A stretch of DNA of 64,000 nt, taken from contig QFOD01000011.1 in the NCBI GenBank assembly GCA_003241055.1, positions 75,771 to 139,770 on the forward strand, given 5' to 3'. The stretch's first letter is position 1; each line of letters opens with the position of its first letter. A program made the position numbers and the translations under genes. Source of the stretch: Roseateles depolymerans (lineage in GTDB: Bacteria; Pseudomonadota; Gammaproteobacteria; Burkholderiales; Burkholderiaceae_C). The notes under the pieces are model-generated. The model ran no database searches. It saw nothing but the letters and a program-made list of their open reading frames with translations, and was not told where the DNA came from. Of this stretch, positions 20,084 through 30,373 are shown piece after piece.

Positions 20084-20356
20084 ATGTCCGTCAACCTCAG
20101 CACCCCCTTGTCCGGCATTTCCGCGGCCAATGAGCGTCTGCGGGCGTCTGCGGCCAATATCGCGAACCTGGCCGCGGCCAACCAGACGCGCAGCACGGCC
20201 GAGCCCACCAATGTGGACAAGGTGCCGCAACGCGAGATCAACCCGGCCAACGAGGTGGTCGAGCAGCAGTCGGCGGCCTATGCGTTCGTCGCCAACCTGA
20301 AGGTGCTGCAGACCCAGATCAACACGACGGGCGCGTTGCTGGACATCAAGGCCTGA
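20084..20356 (+). CDS. Small flagellar basal-body rod-like protein (FlgC-like termini only)
   Basis: SGISAANERLRASAANIAN and AYAFVANLKVLQT...GALLDIKA. Confidence 0.75.
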   Translation: MSVNLSTPLSGISAANERLRASAANIANLAAANQTRSTAEPTNVDKVPQREINPANEVVEQQSAAYAFVANLKVLQTQINTTGALLDIKA

Positions 20357-20382
20357 GCGGCCGCTGGCGCCCTCACCGAAAC

Positions 20383-20406
20383 AAGCGGCCACAGGCCGCT
20401 TTTTTT
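20383..20406 (+). terminator. Intrinsic terminator
   Basis: aagcggcc-aca-ggccgctt followed by a T run. Confidence 0.75.
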
Positions 20407-20626
20407 CATCTGCCAGCCGGCGGGCCAGTGTCCTTTTGAGCCATGCAGCGGCCTGCAGGCCACTCGGCCAGCAATTGCTCGCGCAGGGCCAGGGTTTCGG
20501 CGCGCTGGCTGGCCAGGCCGGCGGCCAGTTCGTCGATTTCCTTCAGCCGTTGATCCAGCGCAGCCAGCACGAGGTCTTGGGGCACGCCTTCGCTGCTCTG
20601 GGCAAACAGATGGCGCAACTGGTGCT
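20406..20626 (-). pseudogene. 3' remnant of a MerR-family regulator
   Basis: HQLRHLFAQ...LVLAALDQRLKEIDELAAGLASQRAETLALREQL resembles the MerR dimerisation helix; no HTH and no credible start. Confidence 0.6.
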
Positions 20627-20935
20627 GAGGCGGTGCTGGCCAGCGGTGTCGCGCTGGTCGGCCTGGGCACGGCGCTGGCGATGGCGCCGGACCTGCCGCG
20701 CCGCTGGCTGGCCGGCGAGGCGCTGGTGGCGCCGCGGCCTCAGGTAGGCTGGAAGGACAAGGCGATGGCCGGCCTGGCGACGATGGCGCTGGTGCGGCGA
20801 CAGCTTCGTCTGCTGGCCTCGGGCCGCGAGACGCCGGGCGAGGGTTCGCCGCTGTGGACCTTGCTGCTGGACCAGTGGCGGGCGCGGCGCCTGACCCGCC
20901 GCTACCGCGACTGGCGAAGCGCCCATCCGGCCTGA
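20624..20935 (+). pseudogene. 3' remnant of an NADH:flavin oxidoreductase (Old Yellow Enzyme family)
   Basis: AEAVLASGVALVGLGTALAMAPDLPRRW...WKDKAMAGLATMALVRRQL resembles the last barrel strand and tail of OYE-like enzymes; 5' part is missing. Confidence 0.6.
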
Positions 20936-20961
20936 ACCGGCGCCGTCGAGCCGGACCAGTC

Positions 20962-21369
20962 TCAGTCGGCGCTGGCCTCGTCCAGATGGAGGCGGGCAGG
21001 GCGCCCACCTGCGCTGCCGTGGGCCCAGTGAGCCGGCAGGCCGCGCAGCACGGTGCGAGCATCCAGCGACGCGATCGGCACCTCCAGATTGGCAGGAATG
21101 CGTTGATGCGCCAGCAGCGCCATGTAGCGCAGCGCCGAGACGCGCAGGAAAGAGGCGAAGTTGCCCACCGCCCCGCGCGCCTGCACGAGCTCGTCATGCA
21201 GTTTCTCGATGAGCTGAACGACGCTCATGCCGTCACGGGCGGCGATCTCCTCCAGCACCTCCCAATGCAGGTTCTCGAGCCGGATGCTGGTGATCACGCC
21301 GTGCAGCCGCACCGAGCGGGTCCGCGACTCGTAGGACTCGGGGTTGGCGCTGACGAAGACCTCGCACAT
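20962..21369 (-). CDS. Ribbon-helix-helix domain protein
   Basis: TRSVRLHGVITSIRLENLHWEVLEEIA, NFASFLRV. Confidence 0.85.
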   Translation of the reverse strand: MCEVFVSANPESYESRTRSVRLHGVITSIRLENLHWEVLEEIAARDGMSVVQLIEKLHDELVQARGAVGNFASFLRVSALRYMALLAHQRIPANLEVPIASLDARTVLRGLPAHWAHGSAGGRPARLHLDEASAD

Positions 21370-21400
21370 GGTTCACCTCCAACGGCGATTGTGCGTGGGT

Positions 21401-21979
21401 TCAGTGGCTGATGCGCGTGCCCAGCACGGTCAGGAACTGCGCGAGCCAGGCCGGGTGGGCGGGCCAGGCGGGCGCCGTGACCAGATTGCCGTCGGTGACG
21501 GCCTGATCCACCGGGATATCGGCATAGCTGGCGCCAGCCAACTCCACCTCGGCGGCGCAGGCCGGGTAGGCCGATACCTTCTTGCCGCGGATGATGCCGG
21601 CCGCGGCCAGCAGTTGGGCGCCGTGGCAGATGGCAGCAACGGGCTTGCCGGCCTTGGCGAAATGCTGCACCAGCGGCAGCACGCCGCTCACCGTGCGCAG
21701 GTATTCGGGCGCGCGGCCGCCGGGGATGACCAGGCCGTCGTAGTCCTCGGGCTTGACCGCGTCGAAGCTGGCGTTCAGCACGAAGCGGTGGCCGGGCTTC
21801 TCGGAGTAGGTCTGCGCGCCCTCGAAGTCGTGGATGGCGGTGAACACGAAGTCCCCGGCCTTCTTGCCCGGGCAGACCGCATCGACCTGATGACCCACGG
21901 CCAGCAAGGCCTGGAAGGGCACCATGATCTCGTAGTCCTCGACGTAGTCGCCCGCCAGCAGCAGCAGCTTCTTGCCCAT
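21401..21979 (-). CDS. DJ-1/PfpI family protein
   Basis: [25 protein letters not shown] nucleophile elbow. Confidence 0.92.
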   Translation of the reverse strand: MGKKLLLLAGDYVEDYEIMVPFQALLAVGHQVDAVCPGKKAGDFVFTAIHDFEGAQTYSEKPGHRFVLNASFDAVKPEDYDGLVIPGGRAPEYLRTVSGVLPLVQHFAKAGKPVAAICHGAQLLAAAGIIRGKKVSAYPACAAEVELAGASYADIPVDQAVTDGNLVTAPAWPAHPAWLAQFLTVLGTRISH

Positions 21980-22061
21980 GCTTGTCTCCTTGTGTGAATG
22001 GAGCTTCGATTCTGAAAAGGGCGCAGCATCCTTGGGTAACAGCCGGTTATGCAGGGAGGCT

Positions 22062-23126
22062 TCAATCCAGCAGCCGGGCCGAGTCGACGATGCTGACGCC
22101 TTGCAGCTGGCCCAGCCAGTGATCGAACCAGGGTTTGTGGGAGGCGCCGACGATGCTCAGCACGCGCGCACCGGGCCGTTCGCGGAAGGTCTCGCGGATG
22201 TTGGCCACCATGCGCAGGTTGCGAATCTCCCAGCCGGCCACCCACCACTGCGGGTAGCGCTGCGGCGAGGGATCGCGCATGGCCGGGCTGACATTCGACT
22301 CGGCCAGGCGCCGCAGCACGTCGGGCCGGTTGAGCTGGCGGTACATGGGCAGCAGGTCGGGTGCCTGCTTGAGCGCCTGGGTCTGGGCCTCATCCCTTTT
22401 GGCCTGGGCGCTCTTGCGCTGCCAGGCCGCCTGCAGCTGGGCCCAGAAAACCCTCTCCTCCTCACCCTCGACCTCGATGAAGTCGCCCGTGTGGTTGTCG
22501 ATCGCGTGGACGCGCTCCAGCCCCAGCCGCGCGGCCAGGCGGGCGCCGATCAGCAGGCTCTCGTCGTTCTGGCCTGCAAGTTTGGCCAGCTGTTCGACCA
22601 GTGCCGCATCGAGCGAGTCGCCGGCCACGCGCTCCGCAGGCGGTAGTCGCAGCCACTGCACCAGTGCAGACGGCGTGTCGCCCGAGGCCAGGAAGAGTGC
22701 GGCGAGCCCGCGGCGTTGTGCCGGCGTGGGCTGGGCGGGCCAGGTCTTGAGCGTCTTCTCGATCGCCTGCAGTGCAGCCGGGACTTCCAGCCCGGTGGCG
22801 GCTTTCGCTGCGTCCGTCTTGGGGCAGTTGTAGCCGTCGCCATATTTCCCGGGCCGGCGCTTTACCAGATCGCACTCCGCCGGCGGCTGCAGCTCGACGG
22901 TGATGATCTCCGGCTTGAAGCGGGCGAGCCGCTGCATCAGCGGCTCCAGCGCGTTGGCGTCGAAGCCGGCGGGCATGCTGCGCAGATGGGCGGTGGCCAG
23001 CACCAGCACCTGGGCGCGGGAGCCGACCATGCCGCGGTCCAGTCCGGCGAGATCGTCTCGGGCCAGCGCGCTCAGCGGCAGCGCCAGTGCGAGCAGGGTC
23101 AGGTGGTGACATCGGGGCAGGCGCAT
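22062..23126 (-). CDS. Secreted hypothetical protein (DUF5694-like)
   Basis: Signal peptide; [39 protein letters not shown]. Confidence 0.7.
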   Translation of the reverse strand: MRLPRCHHLTLLALALPLSALARDDLAGLDRGMVGSRAQVLVLATAHLRSMPAGFDANALEPLMQRLARFKPEIITVELQPPAECDLVKRRPGKYGDGYNCPKTDAAKAATGLEVPAALQAIEKTLKTWPAQPTPAQRRGLAALFLASGDTPSALVQWLRLPPAERVAGDSLDAALVEQLAKLAGQNDESLLIGARLAARLGLERVHAIDNHTGDFIEVEGEEERVFWAQLQAAWQRKSAQAKRDEAQTQALKQAPDLLPMYRQLNRPDVLRRLAESNVSPAMRDPSPQRYPQWWVAGWEIRNLRMVANIRETFRERPGARVLSIVGASHKPWFDHWLGQLQGVSIVDSARLLD

Positions 23127-23255
23127 CGGTCGCTCCAGTGCGGGGTGGTTGCAAAACGGCGATTCTTCCGAGCGGCTGCTCGCGTCGTCGTCCTGGATGC
23201 GACGGAGTGCAGCCTGGTGGGCATGGCCTGCAACGAGGGGCATTCGTGCTGGCAC

Positions 23256-23288
23256 AAAAAAGCCCGCCGGGCTTGCGCTCGGCGGGCT
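23256..23288 (-). terminator. acnB terminator
   Basis: agcccgccg...cggcgggct hairpin with an A run on its + strand 5' side. Confidence 0.75.
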
Positions 23289-23320
23289 GCGTGGGGCGAG
23301 GCCTCAGGTTCAGTCTCAGC

Positions 23321-25918
23321 TCAGGCGGTCACGCTCTTGGCCGCGTCCGCGTATTCCTCGATCTGGTCGAAGTTCATGTAGCGGTAGACGCTGGCCTTGT
23401 CCGCGTCGATGACGCCCATCTCCTTCAGGTACTCCTCCTTGGTCGGCAGGCGGCCCAGGCGGGACGCGATGGCCGACAACTCGGCCGAGCCCAGGAACAC
23501 GTTGGTGTTCTTGCCCAGACGGTTGGGGAAGTTGCGGGTGGAGGTGGAGATCACGGTCGCGCCTTCGCGCACCTGGGCCTGGTTGCCCATGCATAGCGAA
23601 CAGCCCGGCATTTCGGTGCGCGCACCGGCCGTGCCAAAGGCGGCGTAGTGGCCTTCCTTGATCAGTTCGCTCTGGTCCATCTTGGTCGGCGGGGCGACCC
23701 ACAGCTTGACCGGGATGTCGCGCTGGCCGCCCAGCAGCTTGGCCGCGGCGCGGAAGTGGCCGATGTTGGTCATGCACGAACCGATGAAGGCCTCGTCGAT
23801 CTTGGTGCCGGCGACTTCGGACAGGAACTTGGCGTCGTCCGGGTCGTTGGGGCAGCAGACGATGGGCTCGGTGATGTCGGCCAGGTCGATCTCGATCACC
23901 GCGGCGTATTCGGCGTCCTTGTCGGCTTCCAGCAGCTCGGGCTTGGCCAGCCAGGCCTCGACCTTCTCGATGCGGCGGGCCAGCGTCTTCGCGTCGGAAT
24001 AGCCGTCGGCGATCATGTTCTTCATCAGCACGACGTTGCTGGTGAGGTATTCCTTGATCGGTGCCGGGTTCAGCTTGATCGTGCAGCCGGCGGCCGAGCG
24101 CTCGGCGGAGGCATCGCTCAGTTCAAACGCTTGCTCCACCTTCAGGTCGGGCAGACCCTCGATTTCCAGGATGCGGCCCGAGAAGATGTTCTTCTTGCCG
24201 GCCTTGGCGACCGTCAGCAGGCCGGCCTTGATGGCGTACAGCGGGATGGCATGCACGAGGTCACGCAGCGTGACGCCGGGCTGCATCTCGCCCTTGAAGC
24301 GCACCAGCACCGATTCCGGCATGTCCAGCGGCATCACGCCGGTGGCGGCGCCGAAGGCGACAAGACCCGACCCTGCGGGGAAGGAGATGCCGATGGGGAA
24401 GCGGGTGTGTGAGTCGCCGCCGGTGCCGACGGTGTCGGGCAGCAGCAGGCGGTTCAGCCAGCTGTGGATCACGCCATCGCCCGGGCGCAGGGCCACGCCG
24501 CCGCGGTTGCTGATGAAGGCGGGCAGTTCGCGGTGGGTCTTCACATCCACCGGCTTGGGGTAGGCGGCGGTGTGGCAGAAGGACTGCATGACCATGTCGG
24601 CCGAGAAGCCCAGGCAGGCCAGGTCCTTCAGCTCGTCGCGGGTCATCGGGCCGGTGGTGTCCTGCGAGCCGACCGTGGTCATCTTGGGTTCGCAGTAGGT
24701 GCCCGGACGCACGCCCTGGCCTTCCGGCAGGCCGACCGCGCGGCCCACCATCTTCTGCGCCAGCGTGAAGCCGGCCTTGGATTCGGCGGGGGCTTGCGGC
24801 AGGCGGAACAGCGTGGAGGCGGGCAGGCCCAGGAACTCGCGGGCCTTGGCCGTCAGTGAGCGGCCGATGATGAGGTTGATACGGCCGCCGGCGCGCACCT
24901 CGTCGAACAGCACGTCGCTCTTGAGCTTGAACTCGGCGACGGTTTCGCCGTTCTTCACCAGCTTGCCGTCATAGGGCAGCACGTCGATGACGTCGCCCAT
25001 CTCCAGCTTGCTGACGTCCACTTCGATGGGCAGCGAGCCCGAGTCTTCCTGCGTGTTGAAGAAGATGGGGGCGATCTTGCCGCCCAGCGTGACGCCGCCG
25101 AAACGCTTGTTCGGCACAAACGGGATGTCCTGGCCGGTGGCCCAGATCACCGAGTTGGTGGCGGACTTGCGGCTGGAGCCGGTGCCGACCACGTCGCCCA
25201 CGTAGGCCACGAGGTTGCCCTTCTTCTTCAGGTCCTCGATGAACTGCATCGGGCCGCGCTTGCCGTCTTCCTCGGGCTTGAAGGCCGCGTCGGGGCGGGT
25301 GTTCTTCAGCATCGCCAGGTAGTGCAGCGGGATGTCCGGGCGGCTCCAGGCGTCGGGCGCGGGCGACAGGTCGTCGGTGTTGGTCTCGCCAGGCACCTTG
25401 AAGACGGTGACGGTGATCTTCTTCTCGACCTCGGGGCGCGAGGTGAACCACTCGGCGTCGGCCCAGCTCTGCATCACGGCCTTGGCCTTGGCGTTGCCCG
25501 CCTTGGCCTTGGCTGCGACGTCGTTGAAGTAGTCGAACATCAGCAGGGTCTTCTTCAGGCCCTGAGCTGCAACGTCGGCAACGCCGGCATCGGCATCGTC
25601 CAGCAGTTCGATCAGCGGATGGACGTTGTAGCCGCCCACCATGGTGCCCAGCAGTTCGGTGGCCTTGGCCCGGGAGATCAGGCCGACCGCGATGTCGCCA
25701 TGTGCGACGGCGGCCAGGAACGAGGCCTTGACCTTGGCCGCGTCGTCCACGCCCGGCGGCACGCGGTGGGTCAGCAGGTCCAGCAGGAAGGCGTCTTCAC
25801 CGGCCGGCGGGTTCTTGATCAGCTCGATCAGCTCGGCGACCTGCTTGGCATCCAGCGGCAGGGGCGGAATGCCCAGCGCGGCGCGCTCGGCGGCATGTTG
25901 GCGATAAGCGGTCAGCAT
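23321..25918 (-). CDS. acnB: Aconitate hydratase B
   Basis: [64 protein letters not shown]. Confidence 0.97.
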   Translation of the reverse strand: MLTAYRQHAAERAALGIPPLPLDAKQVAELIELIKNPPAGEDAFLLDLLTHRVPPGVDDAAKVKASFLAAVAHGDIAVGLISRAKATELLGTMVGGYNVHPLIELLDDADAGVADVAAQGLKKTLLMFDYFNDVAAKAKAGNAKAKAVMQSWADAEWFTSRPEVEKKITVTVFKVPGETNTDDLSPAPDAWSRPDIPLHYLAMLKNTRPDAAFKPEEDGKRGPMQFIEDLKKKGNLVAYVGDVVGTGSSRKSATNSVIWATGQDIPFVPNKRFGGVTLGGKIAPIFFNTQEDSGSLPIEVDVSKLEMGDVIDVLPYDGKLVKNGETVAEFKLKSDVLFDEVRAGGRINLIIGRSLTAKAREFLGLPASTLFRLPQAPAESKAGFTLAQKMVGRAVGLPEGQGVRPGTYCEPKMTTVGSQDTTGPMTRDELKDLACLGFSADMVMQSFCHTAAYPKPVDVKTHRELPAFISNRGGVALRPGDGVIHSWLNRLLLPDTVGTGGDSHTRFPIGISFPAGSGLVAFGAATGVMPLDMPESVLVRFKGEMQPGVTLRDLVHAIPLYAIKAGLLTVAKAGKKNIFSGRILEIEGLPDLKVEQAFELSDASAERSAAGCTIKLNPAPIKEYLTSNVVLMKNMIADGYSDAKTLARRIEKVEAWLAKPELLEADKDAEYAAVIEIDLADITEPIVCCPNDPDDAKFLSEVAGTKIDEAFIGSCMTNIGHFRAAAKLLGGQRDIPVKLWVAPPTKMDQSELIKEGHYAAFGTAGARTEMPGCSLCMGNQAQVREGATVISTSTRNFPNRLGKNTNVFLGSAELSAIASRLGRLPTKEEYLKEMGVIDADKASVYRYMNFDQIEEYADAAKSVTA

Positions 25919-25935
25919 GGTGTTCTCCTTTGAAG

Positions 25936-26364
25936 TCATGCGCTGCTGGCCCCAGGCACGATGAGCTTGAGGCCTTTGAAGTAGTCGCGGAAAAAACTGT
26001 CGTCGCGGGTGATCAGGCCCTGGCATTGCAGCAGGGCATGGGCGCCGATCAGGAAGTCGGGCACGGCGCGGGAGCCGAGGGCGGCCGACGCCGCGCCGGC
26101 GCGCCGTTCCTTGTAGCGGCGCTGCATCTCGCCGGCGCGCACGGCGGCACGGGATTCGATGGGCGAGTAGACGATGCCGACTTCCTCCAGCGCGTCCAGC
26201 AGCTCGGCGCCGAAGCCCAGGCCGGACACGACCTCGCTGAGCACCACGTCGCAGGCCACGACCGGGCCGCGCGACAGCGCCTGGCGCAGGCAGTCCTCGG
26301 CCGCTTCGGCGCGGGCATCACCGCCGAGCAGGTCGATCAGCACGGAGGAGTCGATGGCGATCAC
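25936..26364 (-). CDS. PIN-domain toxin, VapC family
   Basis: [30 protein letters not shown] acidic tetrad. Confidence 0.88.
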   Translation of the reverse strand: MIAIDSSVLIDLLGGDARAEAAEDCLRQALSRGPVVACDVVLSEVVSGLGFGAELLDALEEVGIVYSPIESRAAVRAGEMQRRYKERRAGAASAALGSRAVPDFLIGAHALLQCQGLITRDDSFFRDYFKGLKLIVPGASSA

Positions 26365-26606
26365 AGGTCCACCGGATCGCCGGGGGCACGGCCCCGCAGT
26401 TCGCGCATCACGTCATCGGTGCTGGTGCCCTCGGGCAGCTTGAAGCGGCCGCGCAGCTTGGCCAGCGCGTCATCGACGTTCTTGCGCAGGATGATGCGGC
26501 CACCGTCCAGCTCGACCTTGAGCACGCTGCCCTTGGTGAGCCCCAGCGCGTCACGGACGGCCTTGGGCAGGGTGATCTGCCCGCGCTCGGCTACGGTGGC
26601 TTCCAT
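26361..26606 (-). CDS. AbrB/MazE/SpoVT-type antitoxin (VapB)
   Basis: MEATVAERGQITLPKAVRDALGL; GTGA overlap with the toxin start. Confidence 0.88.
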   Translation of the reverse strand: MEATVAERGQITLPKAVRDALGLTKGSVLKVELDGGRIILRKNVDDALAKLRGRFKLPEGTSTDDVMRELRGRAPGDPVDL

Positions 26607-26649
26607 GAGGCGCTCCTGTGACGTCGGTCTGCACGCTTTGGTGCAGCCG

Positions 26650-26679
26650 GTATGCATCAAAAAGTATGCATTGATTCTA
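26650..26679 (-). promoter_or_regulatory. Toxin-antitoxin promoter -10 with probable operator
   Basis: TAGAAT (26679-26674) followed by two GTATGCAT copies (+ strand 26650-26657 and 26664-26671). Confidence 0.6.
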
Positions 26680-26693
26680 CGTACTGAAGCCCC

Positions 26694-26728
26694 AAAAAAC
26701 AAACCGCGCCGGATACCGGCGCGGTTTG
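26694..26728 (-). terminator. Intrinsic terminator upstream of vapB
   Basis: Perfect 13-bp stem caaaccgcgccgg-ata-ccggcgcggtttg with a T run on the minus strand. Confidence 0.8.
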
Positions 26729-26748
26729 CTCGGGAATGCCGTGGAGGC

Positions 26749-27276
26749 TCAGCGGGCGGCCGGTGCGGAGATGCCCAGACCGCTGTTGACCGCTTCCGGG
26801 TTGGCGGCGGCCGCGGCACGGGCCTCGGCCATCAGGCGGGCCTGCTCGGGGTGCACGCAGTCGTCCACGAGGCGTTGGCCGATCTTGGTGTCCAGCAGCA
26901 TGGACTTGTTGGCGATCTGGATCATCAGCGTGCGGCCGGTCACATCCTCCAGGCGCAGCGCGCCGGTCGACGACAGCACGGGCTTCATCGTCAGCACCTG
27001 CTTCTGGAAGCTCACGTCGATGTAACCCGGCGTCTTGGGGTTGGCAGCGATGTGTACGGTCTGCTTGGCCTCGCAGGCGTAGTCGCCCAGGTAGGCGCGT
27101 TGCGCGGCTGCCAGTTGCTCGTCGCTGGCGGCTTCAAGAACGGGTTCCGGCGCGGGCGCGGGCTGCTTCTTGGCGACGGCGCGCGGGTGCTTGACCGACG
27201 GGCTGGCCATCGCGTGCTGGAGGGGCAGGGCCGCGCACAGGATCAGGGCGGCGGCTTGGAGGGGGCGTTTCAGCAT
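26749..27276 (-). CDS. Secreted hypothetical protein (possible MliC-like fold)
   Basis: Signal peptide; YACE...VLSSTGALRLED...VDDC. Confidence 0.7.
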   Translation of the reverse strand: MLKRPLQAAALILCAALPLQHAMASPSVKHPRAVAKKQPAPAPEPVLEAASDEQLAAAQRAYLGDYACEAKQTVHIAANPKTPGYIDVSFQKQVLTMKPVLSSTGALRLEDVTGRTLMIQIANKSMLLDTKIGQRLVDDCVHPEQARLMAEARAAAAANPEAVNSGLGISAPAAR

Positions 27277-27385
27277 GGGTTCAATCCTGCGTAGGGAGGC
27301 CAAATCGGGCGGCCCGCATCATGGCGGCAGGTCGTGCCCGACGAAGTGAGCAGATGTGTCTGATTGTCGAAGCAGTCGGGCTGCA

Positions 27386-28399
27386 TCAAAGTGGTGCTTT
27401 ACCTGAGTTTTGGGTAAAGAAGGCTTGCCGTGCCGCATCGGGCAGCGCACGGCCGGTGGCGGCGGCGCGTTCCAGCACGGTCCAGAAATAGCGGTAGCTG
27501 GCGCGGTCGTGCAGGCGATCCCTGAAGGACGTGGGTGCCCAGCCGGCCGCCTGCGCGGCCAGCAACAGTTCGCTGGCTTCGGCGATGTCCTCATCGGCGG
27601 GTGCAAAGGCCTCGACGATGGGCAGGATCTGGTCCGGGTGGATGCTCCACATGCGCGTGTAGCCCAGTTCGCTGGCGGCTCGTCTGGCGGCAGCGGCCAG
27701 CCGTTCGCGATCACGGAATTCGGTGACCACGCAGTGCGAAGGCGTCTTGCCATAGGCGTGGGCCGCCGCCGACACCTCCAGCTTGGCGCGCAGCACCAGC
27801 GGATGCTGGAACTGGCCGGGCAACTCCATCGCGCTCTTGGGAATGGCGCCCTGATGGGCCGACACGAAGTCCATCAGGCCGAAGGACAGCGACTCGATGC
27901 GAGGGTGCGCCGCGATGCGGAAGGCATCGCGCAGCGCGCCGTGGGTTTCGATCAGTGTCTGCAGCGGCAGCAGCGGCCGGCCGTGGTGGGTGCAGGTGGC
28001 GTCGATGAAGGCCGCGGCACGTTCCACATCCTCGGCGCTGTCGGGCTTGGGCAGCATCAGATAGGCCAGCCGGTGGCCTGCGCGCGCAATCAGCGTGTCG
28101 ACGTCGGCCTCGAAGGCCGGGTGTCCCCAGGGATGGACGCGAGCGCCGACGCGACCGAAGCGATTGGCATCGCTGGTGGCCAGCTCGGCCATCAGCAGCG
28201 CATGCTCGGCCTCGCCGCCGACGGGCGCGCCGTCCTCCGCGTCCAGCGTGATGTCAAACACCGGGCCGAGCTCGGCCTGAAGGGCCAGGCTCTTGCGCAT
28301 GCGGGCTTCGACGCCGCAGTAGTGATCCACCACCGGCAGGCGAGGGCGCAGTGCCTCCTGGCCGAACAGGGCGTCGCGGGGATGAGAGGTTGAGGGCAT
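27386..28399 (-). CDS. HpcH/HpaI aldolase / citrate lyase beta (CitE) family
   Basis: ITLDAEDGA, LIETHG, SFGLMDF, MWSIHPDQI. Confidence 0.88.
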   Translation of the reverse strand: MPSTSHPRDALFGQEALRPRLPVVDHYCGVEARMRKSLALQAELGPVFDITLDAEDGAPVGGEAEHALLMAELATSDANRFGRVGARVHPWGHPAFEADVDTLIARAGHRLAYLMLPKPDSAEDVERAAAFIDATCTHHGRPLLPLQTLIETHGALRDAFRIAAHPRIESLSFGLMDFVSAHQGAIPKSAMELPGQFQHPLVLRAKLEVSAAAHAYGKTPSHCVVTEFRDRERLAAAARRAASELGYTRMWSIHPDQILPIVEAFAPADEDIAEASELLLAAQAAGWAPTSFRDRLHDRASYRYFWTVLERAAATGRALPDAARQAFFTQNSGKAPL

Positions 28400-28412
28400 C
28401 ACGGTCACGGCG

Positions 28413-28443
28413 AAAAAAGAAAACGGGCCTCAGCGAGGCCCGT
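28413..28443 (-). terminator. mdh terminator
   Basis: acgggcctc-agc-gaggcccgt preceded by an A-rich run. Confidence 0.7.
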
Positions 28444-28479
28444 CGATTCTGGCGTCAGTGCGTCATGCGCACGCCGGCA

Positions 28480-29466
28480 TCACAGCAGGTGCTTGACGCC
28501 GTCCTTCTCGCCTTCGAGCTCTGCCAGGGTCTTGTTGATGCACTCCTGCGAGAACGCGTCGATGGGCAGCCCTTCGACGATCTTGTACTCGCCGCCTTCG
28601 CAGGTGACGGGGTAGCCGAACATGACTTCCTTGGGGATGCCGTATTCGCCGTTCGACGGAATGCCCATGGTGACCCACTTGCCGTTGGTGCCCAGGGCCC
28701 AGTCGCGCATGTGGTCAATGGCGGCGTTGGCGGCCGAGGCGGCCGACGACAGACCGCGGGCGGCGATGATGGCGGCGCCACGCTTGCCCACGGTCGGCAG
28801 GAACACGTTGGCGTTCCAGTCGTGGTCATTGATGGCGTCCTTGACGGACTTGCCGTTCACCGTGGCGAAGCGGTAGTCGGCATACATCGTCGGCGAGTGG
28901 TTGCCCCACACGGCCAGCTTCTCGATGTCGCCCACAGCGATGCCCATCTTGGCGGCGATCTGCGAGGCGGCGCGGTTGTGGTCCAGACGCAGCATGGCGG
29001 TGAAGTTCTTGGCCGGCAGGTCCGGGGCCGACTTCATCGCGATGTAGGCGTTGGTGTTGGCCGGGTTGCCGACCACCAGCACCTTGACGTTGCGCGAGGC
29101 GACGGCGTTCAGGGCCTTGCCCTGGGCCGTGAAGATCTGGGCGTTGGCCGCCAGCAGGTCGGCGCGCTCCATGCCGGGGCCGCGCGGACGGGCGCCGACC
29201 AGCAGGGCGTAGTCGGTGTCCTTGAAGGCGGTCATCGGGTCGCTGTGAGCCTCGATGCCGGCCAGCAGCGGGAAGGCGCAGTCTTCGAGTTCCATGATCA
29301 CGCCCTTCAGCGCGTTCTGGGCCTTCTCGTCGGGGATCTCCAGCAGTTGCAGGATGACGGGCTGGTCCTTGCCCAGCATTTCGCCGGAGGCAATGCGGAA
29401 CAGCAGGGCGTAACCGATTTGGCCGGCTGCGCCCGTGACGGCGACGCGAACGGGTTTCTTGCTCAT
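28480..29466 (-). CDS. mdh: Malate dehydrogenase
   Basis: [43 protein letters not shown]. Confidence 0.97.
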   Translation of the reverse strand: MSKKPVRVAVTGAAGQIGYALLFRIASGEMLGKDQPVILQLLEIPDEKAQNALKGVIMELEDCAFPLLAGIEAHSDPMTAFKDTDYALLVGARPRGPGMERADLLAANAQIFTAQGKALNAVASRNVKVLVVGNPANTNAYIAMKSAPDLPAKNFTAMLRLDHNRAASQIAAKMGIAVGDIEKLAVWGNHSPTMYADYRFATVNGKSVKDAINDHDWNANVFLPTVGKRGAAIIAARGLSSAASAANAAIDHMRDWALGTNGKWVTMGIPSNGEYGIPKEVMFGYPVTCEGGEYKIVEGLPIDAFSQECINKTLAELEGEKDGVKHLL

Positions 29467-29554
29467 GGAGATCTCCGAAGGCAGTTGTGAAGTCGATGAC
29501 AGCCGGGGAGTGTACGGGCTTACCCGAGGCCTTGCGGCGTGCTGGAATGCGGGC

Positions 29555-30283
29555 ATGCCCAAGACATTTGTACGAGCCGCTGCGCCGCTTTACGAACAGA
29601 TCCGTCAGCTCATCGTCAGCGCGATGGCGGCTGGGGAATGGCGGCCCGGCGAGGCCCTGCCCAGCGAGGCGGCGCTGGCCAAGCGCTATGGCGCAAGTCC
29701 TGGCACCGTGCGCCGGGCGCTGGACGAGCTGGCGGCGCTGAATCTGGTCGAGCGCCGGCAGGGGGCAGGCACCTTCGTGGCGACGCACACGGCGCCACGC
29801 GACTCGTACCGCTTCCTGAGGCTGGTCGCCGATGACGGGGCCAAGGGCTTTGAGCGCGAGCTGCTGCATGGTCGGCGGGCGCGGGCCAGCGCGGCCATCG
29901 CGCAGCAGCTGCAACTGCGGCCGGCGGAGCCGGTGATCGAGCTGCGCCGGGTGCTGCGTCGGCGCGGTGTCGTCGTCGTGCAGGATGACCTCTGGCTGCC
30001 CGAGCGGCAGTTCGAGGGGCTGACCGAGGCGGTGGCGCGGGCCTATGCCGGCACGCTCTATGCGCTGTTCGAGGAACGCTTTGGCGTTCACATGGTGCGG
30101 GCCGAGGAGAAGCTGCGCGCGGTCGCTGCCGGGCCTGACGAGGCGGCGGCATTTGGCCTGCCACAGGGTGCGCCGCTGCTCAGTGTGGAACGCGTGGCCT
30201 ACACCTACGGCGACCGTCCGGTCGAGGTGCGGCGCGGGCTGTATCGCACCGATGCCGACCATTACCGCAACGAGTTGAACTGA
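29555..30283 (+). CDS. GntR/HutC-family regulator (SdhR-like by synteny)
   Basis: [33 protein letters not shown] domain. Confidence 0.9.
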   Translation: MPKTFVRAAAPLYEQIRQLIVSAMAAGEWRPGEALPSEAALAKRYGASPGTVRRALDELAALNLVERRQGAGTFVATHTAPRDSYRFLRLVADDGAKGFERELLHGRRARASAAIAQQLQLRPAEPVIELRRVLRRRGVVVVQDDLWLPERQFEGLTEAVARAYAGTLYALFEERFGVHMVRAEEKLRAVAAGPDEAAAFGLPQGAPLLSVERVAYTYGDRPVEVRRGLYRTDADHYRNELN

Positions 30284-30373
30284 AGCTGACGCGCCCGAAG
30301 GGGCATCTCAATCGCAATTGGGGTCAATCTCTGGCCTAGAATCGTTCGGTTTCATTGACATGCAGGCTCGACC

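Noticed and set aside
20406..21197. 263-aa minus-strand ORF as an intact gene
   Set aside because: The N-terminal ~190 aa is off-frame/antisense Pro-Arg-rich sequence; only the last ~72 aa look protein-like (MerR remnant)
22037..22049. TAAC-N5-GTTA inverted repeat as an RHH operator upstream of pfpI
   Set aside because: Only 4-bp arms, not distinguishable from chance
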